Assembly (NCBI GenBank): GCA_046497275.1
Contig: JAWOFX010000080.1
Span: forward strand, 30,001 to 62,000
Direction: 5' to 3'
DNA: 32,000 nucleotides
Source of the DNA: Promethearchaeia archaeon
Lineage (GTDB): Archaea; Asgardarchaeota; Lokiarchaeia; Sigyniarchaeales; SOKP01
Position numbers and translations under genes: made by a program. The notes below the pieces were generated by a model, which worked only from the letters and a program-made list of their open reading frames with translations, had not been told where the DNA came from and made no database searches. This document shows, piece by piece, positions 9,483-18,733 of this stretch (position 1 is its first letter; each line of letters starts with the position of its first letter).

Positions 9483-12400
9483 TTATAACCTCCCTGTTAT
9501 CATTGCATATATTTGTTCTGAAGAGAATCCTAAAATATCAATAGCAGAACATCGGCAGTTTCCTGAACAAGCACCACAACCTTTACATAAGGCTTGATTT
9601 ACTGAAGCTACGGTTCCAAATCTTCTATCTTCTATTAATTCAATTGCGTTATAAGCACAATTTTCAACACACATTCCACATCCTACACAACGGGATAAAT
9701 CCACTTTAGCAATTTTTCCTTCCGCTTCGATTTCTTCTTTTGAAAGAATTGTACACGCTCTCGAAACCGCAGCATTTGCTTGACTTATTGAATCTTGAAT
9801 CGTTTTTGGTGCATGAGCTAAACCAGCCACAAATATTCCTTCAGTTGCAAAATCAACAGGTCGTAATTTTACATGTGCTTCCAAGAAAAAATTATCTTCG
9901 TTAATGGGTACTTTTAATAATTTTGCGAGCCTCTCATTTTGTTTGGGGGCTTCTATACCTGCACTCAAGACTAGTAAATCAGTATCTAGATTAATTAACC
10001 CTAATTTTGGAGATTTAACATTAACTTGGACTTTTTTTTCTTTTGGAATTATTTTCGGTGGATCTTTTTCATTGAACCTAATAAAAATAACCCCTTTTTC
10101 ACGTGCTTTACGATAATAGATTTCTTTAAACCCATAGGTTCTAATGTCTCTATATAAAATAACAATTTCTATATTTGGATTCTGTTCCTTTGCTAAAAGA
10201 GCATTTTTAATTGCCTCTGCACAACACATTTTACTGCAATAGGGATGTTCATCATTTCTCGATCCGACACATTGAATCATTACAATTTTTTTTTTATCTT
10301 CAATTTCACTTGTTTCATTTAAAACATATTCAAATTCAGATTGAGAAATAATTCTTAAATCTTGACCGAAACAATATTCTTTTGGTCTATATTCTTTAGC
10401 ACCTGTCGCAACTACAATTACGCCATGTTCAAAATTTTCCTTTCTATTATCCTCTCCATATTTAATTGTTGTTTTAAAATTCCCAATATACCCATCAATA
10501 TTTTCTATTTCTGCTTGGGTAAAAATATGAACTTTTGGATTTTCTTGAATTTTCTCAATTATCTCTGATAAGAATTGTTGAACGTTTCCTCCTTCAAGAG
10601 TTGTAAAAATATTTCTCGCATGTCCACCTAATTCTTTTTCTTTCTCTATTAAATAAGTTTCATATTCTTGACTAGCAAGATTTAATGCTGCAGTCAAACC
10701 ACTTATTCCTCCTCCAATTACCAATGCGTTCGGTGTAATATTTAACTTTATTCTTTCTAATGGTTGTATTTTCCTGGCTTTATTTACCGCCATTCTCACT
10801 AAATCTTTAGCTTTTTGAGTTGCGGATGCAGGATCATTCATATGTACCCAAGAACATTGATCTCTGATATTTGCCATTTGAAATAGATATCTATTTAATC
10901 CAGCCTCTCTAATCGTTTCTTGGAATAAAGGTTCATGTGTACGTGGAGTACAAGACGCAACTATAACACGATTTAAATTAAATTCTTCTATTTTTTCTTT
11001 TATTAATGTTTGAGTATCTGCTGAACATGTATAAAGATTTCTATCTGCTAAAACTACATCTTGTAAATTATTAGCATATTCCGTTACCTCTGGAACATCT
11101 ACTGTACCTCCAATATTAATACCACAATGACAGATAAATACTCCAATTCTAGGAGGTTGACCTGCAACAAATTTTTCTGGAGGAAGAGATTTTTCAGTAA
11201 TTAAGGTACCTCTTTGTTGATATAATAATGAATCGACACATCCAGCAGCAGCACTGGCTTGCGTTACAGTTTCAGGGATATCCTTTGGGGAAGAAAATGC
11301 CCCGCAAACATAAATTCCTGTTCTTGTTGTCTCTACTGGATTAAATAAATTCGTTTGAGCAAATTTAAATTCATTTAAATTAATATTAAATTTTTCAGAA
11401 AGATACTCAGCATCATGGGGGGGATTTAACCCTATAGCTAAAACAACCATATTAAAAATTTCTTCTTTAATTTTTCCTGCTTCATCTTCATATCGTATTT
11501 TTAGATCATTTGTAAAACGATTTTCTTCAATTGATGCTATTCTGCTCCTAATGTATCGAACTCCATATTCATCTTTTGCTCGTTCAATGTATTTATCAAA
11601 ATCTTTGCCATATGCTCTAATATCCATCGTAAAAATAGTTGGATTAACTTGATGCATATGTTCTTTGGCAATTACTGCTTCTTTTGCTGTATACATGCAG
11701 CAAACCGAGGAACAATAAGGTTGCCCCTCTTTAAGATCTCTTGATCCAATACATTGAAGGAAAGCAATTTTTTCTGGAACATCTCCATCAGAAGGGCGTA
11801 ATATCTTTCCGCTATAAGGACCACTTGCACTTAAGATCCTTTCGAATTGTATACTTGTAACTACATTGTCATAAATACCGTATCCATATCTTTTAATATT
11901 ACTTGGATCAAATTCATCAAATCCGGGTGAGAGAATTATTGCTCCAATATCTAATTCTAACTTTTCATCTTCTAAATCATATTCTACAGCATTTGCTTTA
12001 CAAACCCCTTCACATACTCCACAACCAATACAATATTCTTTATTTATCGCATAAACTAACGGAACTGCTTGAGGATATTTGACGTAAGTAGCCTTGCAAA
12101 TCGATAAATCTTCATTAAAGATATCAATTGCTTCAACAGGACATTTTTGACCACATACACCGCAGCCTGTACATTTTTCTTGATTGATATGGATAGATTT
12201 TTTTAAAATATGTGCTTTAAAACTTCCAGCTTCTCCTTCAACCTCAATAATTTGACAATTAATCAATAAATCAATGTTCTGATGTCTTCCAGTCTCAACC
12301 AATTTAGGAGAGACTATACACATAGCACAGTCATTTGTGGGAAACGTTTTGTCAAGCTGGGCCATCACTCCTCCGATACTTGTTGTTTTTTCCACGAGAT

Positions 12401-12491
12401 AAACTTTAAATCCAGATTCGGCTAAATCGAGGGCCGCCTGACAACCGCCAATTCCAGCTCCGACCACCATCACTGCTCCAACTTTTTCCAT
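9483..12491 (-). CDS. hdrA: Double-module heterodisulfide reductase subunit A (1002 aa)
   Basis: GAGIGG, DKTFPTNDCAMC, inserted 2x[4Fe-4S], CSSVCCMY; second module GVFICHCGINIG, VASCTPRTHE, GGGISG, CSKMCC, C-terminal 2x[4Fe-4S]. Confidence 0.92.
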   Translation of the reverse strand: MEKVGAVMVVGAGIGGCQAALDLAESGFKVYLVEKTTSIGGVMAQLDKTFPTNDCAMCIVSPKLVETGRHQNIDLLINCQIIEVEGEAGSFKAHILKKSIHINQEKCTGCGVCGQKCPVEAIDIFNEDLSICKATYVKYPQAVPLVYAINKEYCIGCGVCEGVCKANAVEYDLEDEKLELDIGAIILSPGFDEFDPSNIKRYGYGIYDNVVTSIQFERILSASGPYSGKILRPSDGDVPEKIAFLQCIGSRDLKEGQPYCSSVCCMYTAKEAVIAKEHMHQVNPTIFTMDIRAYGKDFDKYIERAKDEYGVRYIRSRIASIEENRFTNDLKIRYEDEAGKIKEEIFNMVVLAIGLNPPHDAEYLSEKFNINLNEFKFAQTNLFNPVETTRTGIYVCGAFSSPKDIPETVTQASAAAGCVDSLLYQQRGTLITEKSLPPEKFVAGQPPRIGVFICHCGINIGGTVDVPEVTEYANNLQDVVLADRNLYTCSADTQTLIKEKIEEFNLNRVIVASCTPRTHEPLFQETIREAGLNRYLFQMANIRDQCSWVHMNDPASATQKAKDLVRMAVNKARKIQPLERIKLNITPNALVIGGGISGLTAALNLASQEYETYLIEKEKELGGHARNIFTTLEGGNVQQFLSEIIEKIQENPKVHIFTQAEIENIDGYIGNFKTTIKYGEDNRKENFEHGVIVVATGAKEYRPKEYCFGQDLRIISQSEFEYVLNETSEIEDKKKIVMIQCVGSRNDEHPYCSKMCCAEAIKNALLAKEQNPNIEIVILYRDIRTYGFKEIYYRKAREKGVIFIRFNEKDPPKIIPKEKKVQVNVKSPKLGLINLDTDLLVLSAGIEAPKQNERLAKLLKVPINEDNFFLEAHVKLRPVDFATEGIFVAGLAHAPKTIQDSISQANAAVSRACTILSKEEIEAEGKIAKVDLSRCVGCGMCVENCAYNAIELIEDRRFGTVASVNQALCKGCGACSGNCRCSAIDILGFSSEQIYAMITGRL

Positions 12492-13326
12492 CTTTTTTAT
12501 CCCTCCATCACGTTTAGATAAATTGGTGTAATTCCTACAATCTTATCCATAGCAATTTGGCCTCGTTGCTTCAATACTAAAATATGATCCAAGATTTCAC
12601 TTGGCTTTATTTCAAACTCGATTGCTAAATCTTTTACTGATTTAGGATCTTTCTTTAATGAACCGAGAATACGATGGCGCACATATTCATCATAGATTGC
12701 TTGTTCAAAGAGTTCTTGAAATTCTTCTTCCGGAATTTTATCTCCATACACATTTTGTTGCTCTGTTAATGCTCTTTCTCTGCCTACTAACGCTCTCATT
12801 CTATAACTCGTAGATGCCATCTCTAATGCTTTTATTTTATCAATTAATTTATCTTTAGCTTTTCCAGAATTTATTGGGGATGGACCTAGATCTTTTATGT
12901 GGTTTGTAAAATTCGTAATTATTTCAGCAAATCGATTTCCTTCTGATGCTGAAACCCATTCTAATCGAATTCGATTTTCAAAACCTATAAAGCTTAAGAA
13001 TTGTGTAATCATCTCATATTTTATTTTCGCTTCATAATTGCCTTCAAGATAATGGCAATCACCAGGATGGCATCCCATCACAATAATACCATCTATTCCA
13101 GTTAGAAATCCTTCAAAGATAAATTCAGGATCTACTCTCCCACTGCACATTACTCGAATTACTCTCAAGTTCGGGGGATATTGTATCCTACTCACTCCTG
13201 CTAAGTCAGCTCCCGCATATGAGCACCAATTACATAGAAATCCCAAAATTTTCGGTTCATAACTCATGCGATTTCTCTCCCTCCTAAGGCATATATTTCT
13301 GATAAAATTTGCTCATTTGTAAAATG
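12295..13326. repeat. Duplicated block, copy 1 (hdrA 3' tip + mvhD-wHTH + hdrA 5' end)
   Basis: Aligns to 16079..17110 at a constant offset of 3784 bp; 13146..13305 is identical to 16930..17089. Confidence 0.9.
12497..13267 (-). CDS. mvhD: MvhD domain fused to a C-terminal winged-HTH-like domain (256 aa)
   Basis: MvhD cysteine motifs in aa 1-130; tail RHRILGSLKKDPKSVKDLAIEFEIKPSEILDHILVLKQRGQI has wHTH spacing. Confidence 0.85.
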   Translation of the reverse strand: MSYEPKILGFLCNWCSYAGADLAGVSRIQYPPNLRVIRVMCSGRVDPEFIFEGFLTGIDGIIVMGCHPGDCHYLEGNYEAKIKYEMITQFLSFIGFENRIRLEWVSASEGNRFAEIITNFTNHIKDLGPSPINSGKAKDKLIDKIKALEMASTSYRMRALVGRERALTEQQNVYGDKIPEEEFQELFEQAIYDEYVRHRILGSLKKDPKSVKDLAIEFEIKPSEILDHILVLKQRGQIAMDKIVGITPIYLNVMEG

Positions 13327-16275
13327 CTTAATCTCAATTGCTCTTTCTGGACAAGAAGCTCCACAAAGACCACAACCTTTACAGAGTGCTTCTTGAACAT
13401 AAGCATAACCTTCCTCATCCTTGACTATAGCATTGAAAGGGCATATTCTAACACAGATTTTGCACCCAGTGCAAAGATCTTTATCAACATGCGATACAAT
13501 ACCTCCTACTATTAATGAATCTTTCGATAAAATTGTCGTTCCCCTTGATACAGCGGAATTGGCTTGTGCAATACTTTCACTGATTGTTGACGGACCATGA
13601 GCTGTCCCACATAAAAAAATACCTTCAGTAGCAAAATCTACAGGTCTGAGTTTAACATGTGCTTCTAAGAAGAAATTATCTTCATTTAAAGGGACTTTTA
13701 ACATTTTTGCTAAAGATAAATTGTCTTCTACAGGAGCTACTATTCCTGTACTTAATATTAATAGATCACATTTAACAGAAATTTCTCCTAATTTTGGAGA
13801 TTCAAGATTAATTGTTAAATCTTTTTTATTTTTAACAATTTCCGGAGGTTTTTCATCATCAAATCTTATAAATATGACTCCCTTCTCTCGGGCTATTCGG
13901 TAATATTTCTCTTTAAATCCATATGTTCTTATATCACGATAAAAAATAATAACTTCTATTTTTGGATTGATTGTTTTAATTTTTATAGCGTTTTTAATTG
14001 CATCAGAACAACATATTCTGGAACAATATGGATGATCTTCATTTCTTGATCCGACACATTGAATCATAGCAATAGAATTTTTATCTTTAAGGTCTGAGGA
14101 TGAGGTTAATAGAATCTTTTCTAATTCTACTTGTGTAATAACGCGTGAATCCTCATTATATAAATATTCTGATGGAACATATTGGTCAGCTCCGGTTGCA
14201 AGAATAATAATACCGTGTTCTATTTCTTCTTTTTCTTTTTTATTTTTAATAGTTGTTTTAAAATTCCCTATATATCCATCAATTTTTTCTATAGTCGAAT
14301 TTAAAAAAACATGAATTTTATTATTATTTTTAATATTTTCAATTAAATTCTCAATAAATTCATCTACTTGAATACCCTCAAGAGTTTTATGAATGTTTCG
14401 AGCAAAACCTCCTAAAACATTTTCTTTTTCAACTAAATAAGTATCAAATCCTTGTTTGGCAAAATTAATTGCTGCAGACATTCCACTAATTCCTCCTCCT
14501 ATTAATAGAGCACTTTGAGTTATATCTAACGGCATTTCCGCTATCGGAGATGTTTTTCTAACTTTCGCTATTGCCATTCTCACTAAATCTTTTGCTTTTT
14601 CAGTCGCTCTCTGTGGTTCTTTCATATGAACCCATGAACATTGATCTCTGATATTTGTCATTTGAAATAAATATCTGTTTAATCCTGCTTCTCTAATTGT
14701 TTCTTGAAAAAGTGGTTCATGAGTACGGGGTGTGCAGGAAGCAACAACGACTCGATTGATTTTATACTCCTCAATTTTTTCTTTTATTAAGGACTGTGTA
14801 TCAGCTGAACATGTATAAAGATTCCTATCTGCTAGTACTACATTTGGCAAGGTTTTTGCATATGCGACGACTTCTGGAACATTTACAGTCCCTCCAATAT
14901 TGATACCACAATGGCAAATAAAAACTCCTATCTTAGGAGGTTCATTTGAAATATCTTTCTCTTTTGGATATTTTTTCTTAGTCACTAATGTATTTCTCGT
15001 AGATGAAAGAACGGTATTAACTTGTCCCGCTGCAGCACTCGCTTCAATCACAGTTTCAGGTATATCCTTGGGAGATGAACATGCCCCACAGACAAAAATA
15101 CCTGATCTAGTAGTATTAACTGGAGAAGAGAGATTAGTTTTTAAAAAGCCATATTCATTTAATTCAATATTGAATATTTTTGCTATTTTTTTCGCGTCAT
15201 TAGGAGGATTTAATCCAACCGCTAAAACCACCATATTAAAAACCTCTTCTTTAATCTCTCCTTTCTCATTTTCATATTTTATTTTTAAATCATGAGTATA
15301 AGGATTTTCTTCAATTGATGCCACTCTGCTTCTGATATACCGAACTCCATATTCATCTTTCGCTCGTTCAATATATTTATCAAAATCTTTACCATATGCT
15401 CTAATATCCATTGTAAATATAGTAGGCTCTAAACTTTCCATATGTTCTTTGGCGATTACAGCCTCTTTTGCTGTATACATACAACACACAGAAGAACAAT
15501 ATTCATTTCCAAATTTGAGATCACGTGAGCCCACACATTGGATGAATGCGACTTTTTTCGGGACATCTCCATCAGAAGGTCTTAAAACTTTTCCCGAGTA
15601 GGGGCCACTAGCACTTAAAATACGTTCAAATTGAATACTGCTGAGCACATTTTTATATTTCCCAAATCCCAAATTTTTATTTAAAGTAGGTTCAAACTCC
15701 TCAAATCCAAGAGCTAAAATGATTGAACCAACATTTATTTTAGAATTTTTATCTTTTAAATCATAATTAATAGCGTTCGCTTTACAAACTCCTCTACAAA
15801 TCCCACATCCAATACAGATATCTTTGTTAATTGCATATACCAAAGGAACTGCTTGGGGATATTTTACTGAAGCTGCTTTATTTAATGATAACCCCTCATT
15901 GAATATGTCAACTGCTTCAGTTGGACATTCTTGACCACAAACTCCACATCCTGTACATTTTTCTTGATCTATATATAAAGTTTTTTCAATTATTTCAACA
16001 TTAAAATTACCAGATTCACCAGAAATATTTTCAATCTCAGAGTTTATTTTAATTTCAATATTTGGATGTCGTCCTGCTTCAACCAATTTAGGAGAGACTA
16101 TACAAATTGCACAATCATTCGTAGGAAACGTTTTGTCAAGCTGGGCCATCACTCCTCCGATGCTTGTTGTTTTTTCCACGAGATAAACTTTAAATCCAGA
16201 TTCGGCTAAATCTAGGGCCGCTTGACAACCGCCAATTCCAGCTCCGACCACCATCACTGCTCCAACTTTTTCCAC
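13264..16275 (-). CDS. hdrA: Double-module heterodisulfide reductase subunit A (1003 aa)
   Basis: Same motif order as 9483..12491; GTG start after a GGAGGGA SD. Confidence 0.92.
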   Translation of the reverse strand: MEKVGAVMVVGAGIGGCQAALDLAESGFKVYLVEKTTSIGGVMAQLDKTFPTNDCAICIVSPKLVEAGRHPNIEIKINSEIENISGESGNFNVEIIEKTLYIDQEKCTGCGVCGQECPTEAVDIFNEGLSLNKAASVKYPQAVPLVYAINKDICIGCGICRGVCKANAINYDLKDKNSKINVGSIILALGFEEFEPTLNKNLGFGKYKNVLSSIQFERILSASGPYSGKVLRPSDGDVPKKVAFIQCVGSRDLKFGNEYCSSVCCMYTAKEAVIAKEHMESLEPTIFTMDIRAYGKDFDKYIERAKDEYGVRYIRSRVASIEENPYTHDLKIKYENEKGEIKEEVFNMVVLAVGLNPPNDAKKIAKIFNIELNEYGFLKTNLSSPVNTTRSGIFVCGACSSPKDIPETVIEASAAAGQVNTVLSSTRNTLVTKKKYPKEKDISNEPPKIGVFICHCGINIGGTVNVPEVVAYAKTLPNVVLADRNLYTCSADTQSLIKEKIEEYKINRVVVASCTPRTHEPLFQETIREAGLNRYLFQMTNIRDQCSWVHMKEPQRATEKAKDLVRMAIAKVRKTSPIAEMPLDITQSALLIGGGISGMSAAINFAKQGFDTYLVEKENVLGGFARNIHKTLEGIQVDEFIENLIENIKNNNKIHVFLNSTIEKIDGYIGNFKTTIKNKKEKEEIEHGIIILATGADQYVPSEYLYNEDSRVITQVELEKILLTSSSDLKDKNSIAMIQCVGSRNEDHPYCSRICCSDAIKNAIKIKTINPKIEVIIFYRDIRTYGFKEKYYRIAREKGVIFIRFDDEKPPEIVKNKKDLTINLESPKLGEISVKCDLLILSTGIVAPVEDNLSLAKMLKVPLNEDNFFLEAHVKLRPVDFATEGIFLCGTAHGPSTISESIAQANSAVSRGTTILSKDSLIVGGIVSHVDKDLCTGCKICVRICPFNAIVKDEEGYAYVQEALCKGCGLCGASCPERAIEIKHFTNEQILSEIYALGGREIA

Positions 16276-17110
16276 CTTTTTTATCCCTCCATCACATTTA
16301 GATAAATTGGTGTAATTCCTACAATCTTATCCATAGCAATTTGACCTCGTTGCTTCAATACTAAAATATGATCCAAAATTTCACTTGGCTTTATTTCAAA
16401 CTCAATCGCTAAATCTTTTACTGATTTTGGATCTTTCTTTAATGAAACGAGAATACGATGGCGAACATATTCATCATAAATTGCTTTAATGAAGAGTTCC
16501 TTAAATTCTTCCTCCGGAATTTTTTCTCCATACACATTTTGTTGCTCTGTTAATGCTCTTTCTCTGCCTACTAATGCCCTCATTCTATAACTCGTAGATG
16601 CCATCTCTAATGATTTTATTTTATCAACCAATTCGATATTCTTCTTCCTATTTTGTAGAGGAGAGGGTCCTAAATCTTTGATGTGATTTGTAAAATTCGT
16701 AATTATTTCGGCAAATCGATTTCCCTCTGATGCTGAGACCCATTCTAATCTGATTCGATCTTCAAAGCCAACAAAACTTAAGAATTGTGTGATCATTTCA
16801 TATTTTATTTCTGCTTCATAATTGCCTTCAAGATAATGACAATCTCCCGGATGGCATCCCATCACAATAATACCATCTATTCCACTTAGAAATCCTTGAA
16901 AGATGAATTCGGGATCCACTCTTCCACTACACATTACTCGAATTACTCTCAAGTTCGGGGGATATTGTATCCTACTCACTCCTGCTAAGTCAGCTCCCGC
17001 ATATGAGCACCAATTACATAGAAATCCCAAAATTTTCGGTTCATAACTCATGCGATTTCTCTCCCTCCTAAGGCATATATTTCTGATAATATTTGCTCAT
17101 TTGTGAAATG
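16079..17110. repeat. Duplicated block, copy 2
   Basis: Paralogous to 12295..13326. Confidence 0.9.
16281..17051 (-). CDS. mvhD: MvhD-wHTH fusion, second copy (256 aa)
   Basis: About 20 aa differences from 12497..13267 by manual alignment (~92% identity), nine of them in the linker after GPSP. Confidence 0.85.
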   Translation of the reverse strand: MSYEPKILGFLCNWCSYAGADLAGVSRIQYPPNLRVIRVMCSGRVDPEFIFQGFLSGIDGIIVMGCHPGDCHYLEGNYEAEIKYEMITQFLSFVGFEDRIRLEWVSASEGNRFAEIITNFTNHIKDLGPSPLQNRKKNIELVDKIKSLEMASTSYRMRALVGRERALTEQQNVYGEKIPEEEFKELFIKAIYDEYVRHRILVSLKKDPKSVKDLAIEFEIKPSEILDHILVLKQRGQIAMDKIVGITPIYLNVMEG

Positions 17111-18733
17111 TTTGATTTGGATTGCTTTCTTTGTACAAGAGGCACCACAAAGACCACATCCTTTACATAATGCTTGAATAATTTCTATTTCGTCCTCTTC
17201 ATTTTTTCTTATTGCTCCATAAGGGCATATTTCAATACAAATTTCGCATCCTTTACATAATTCTTTATTCCATTCTGGAATATAAGCGGTACTTCCTTGG
17301 ATCTCTAAAGTATCATGAGAAAGTATTGTACTTGCTCTTGAAGCCGCTGCTCTACCTTGAGTTAACGCCTGACCGATATCAGTTGGCCATTTAGCAGAAC
17401 CGCATAAAAATACCCCATCTGTAGCAAAATCTATAGGTCTTAATTTTACATGTGCTTCTAAGAAAAAGTTATTCTCTTCCAAAGGAATTTTTAAAAGTTG
17501 AGCAAGATTTTTATTATTCTCATTTGCTATTAAAGGAGTAGATAAAACCAGTAAATCATAGGGAATACTCATATCTCTTCCTAAATACTCATTAAAAACG
17601 TGAACTTCTTCTTTTTTCACTATTGGCTCTTTTTCAGGTGAATATTTAATGAATAATATTCCTAATTCTCTTGTTTTTCTATAATATTGTTCATTTCTCG
17701 TACCTGGAGTATATATATCTCTAAATAAAATGCTTATATTTGCTTCTGGATTTTTTTCTTTAATAATTAAAGAATTTTTTAAAGCAGTCATACAACAGAT
17801 ACTTGAGCAATAATTTCTCTCTTCACAGCGAGCCCCAACACATTGTATCATTACTATGTTGTTCTTGTCAAAGGATTCTTCTTTTAATATTTTCTCTAAT
17901 TCAAGTTGAGTGACTCTCACTTTCCCATCATAACCATATATATTTACAGGTTGAAAGGTTGATGCGCCTGTAGCAACTATAATTGCTCCCACTTGTAATT
18001 CCTGGATTTTACTATTTTGTTCAATAATTACATTAAAATTTCCTAAATATCCATTGATTTCTGAAACCGTTGATGATGTTAAAATCGTTAAATTATTCGC
18101 ATCTTCTATCTGATTTTTTAAACCTTCAAGGAATTTTGATGCTTTAATATTATCGGGATAAATCGTATTTAATGAATTTAGCATGCCACCAATTCTCTCT
18201 TCTTTTTCTATAAGAAATGTTTCAAATCCTTGTTTACTTAAACTTAAAGCAGATGATATGCCTGAGACTCCCCCTCCAATTACAAGCGCTTTAGACTCAA
18301 TATCAATTGAGATATCCTCTAAAGGTTCTAATTTTTCTGCTTTAGAGACTCCCATCTTAATTAAATCTAATATTTTATTATAAGCTTCATTAGGATATTT
18401 TGCATGAACCCATGTACATTGATCTCGAATATTGACGAAATTAAAGAGATATTTATTTAAGCCTGCCTCTTGGACAGTTTCTCTAAATAAAGGTTCATGA
18501 GTTCTTGGAGTACAAGAGGCAACAACAACACGGTTTAAATTATGTTCCTCTATAGCTTTTTTTATAGAATTTAACCCATTTTCAGAGCACGTATAGAGGT
18601 TATCCTCACTATATGCAACTTTTGGAAATTCTTTGATCTCTTCAGCCAATTTTTTACAATCAACTAAGCCCCCGATGTTAGAACCGCAATGACATACAAA
18701 AACCCCTATTCTAATATCATCATTATTAGTAAT
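17048..18733 (-). CDS. hdrA: HdrA second-module protein (C-terminal half of a split double-module HdrA); probable ATT start
   Basis: The frame stays open 28 codons upstream of the track's TTG and encodes ITNNDDIRIGVFVCHCGSNIGGLVDCKK, the conserved HdrA N-terminal CxC domain. No ATG/GTG/TTG lies between the in-frame TGA (18740-18742) and this motif; GGAGGTGA sits 6 nt before ATT at 18733. Confidence 0.8.
   Translation of the reverse strand: MTNNDDIRIGVFVCHCGSNIGGLVDCKKLAEEIKEFPKVAYSEDNLYTCSENGLNSIKKAIEEHNLNRVVVASCTPRTHEPLFRETVQEAGLNKYLFNFVNIRDQCTWVHAKYPNEAYNKILDLIKMGVSKAEKLEPLEDISIDIESKALVIGGGVSGISSALSLSKQGFETFLIEKEERIGGMLNSLNTIYPDNIKASKFLEGLKNQIEDANNLTILTSSTVSEINGYLGNFNVIIEQNSKIQELQVGAIIVATGASTFQPVNIYGYDGKVRVTQLELEKILKEESFDKNNIVMIQCVGARCEERNYCSSICCMTALKNSLIIKEKNPEANISILFRDIYTPGTRNEQYYRKTRELGILFIKYSPEKEPIVKKEEVHVFNEYLGRDMSIPYDLLVLSTPLIANENNKNLAQLLKIPLEENNFFLEAHVKLRPIDFATDGVFLCGSAKWPTDIGQALTQGRAAASRASTILSHDTLEIQGSTAYIPEWNKELCKGCEICIEICPYGAIRKNEEDEIEIIQALCKGCGLCGASCTKKAIQIKHFTNEQILSEIYALGGREIA

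Noticed and set aside
575-18383. Numerous short opposite-strand or alternate-frame ORFs in the track (e.g. 575..949, 2005..2256, 6128..6466, 7940..8251, 14900..15295, 18183..18383)
   Set aside because: They shadow well-supported genes, lack motifs and SD sites, and have the composition of antisense translations.
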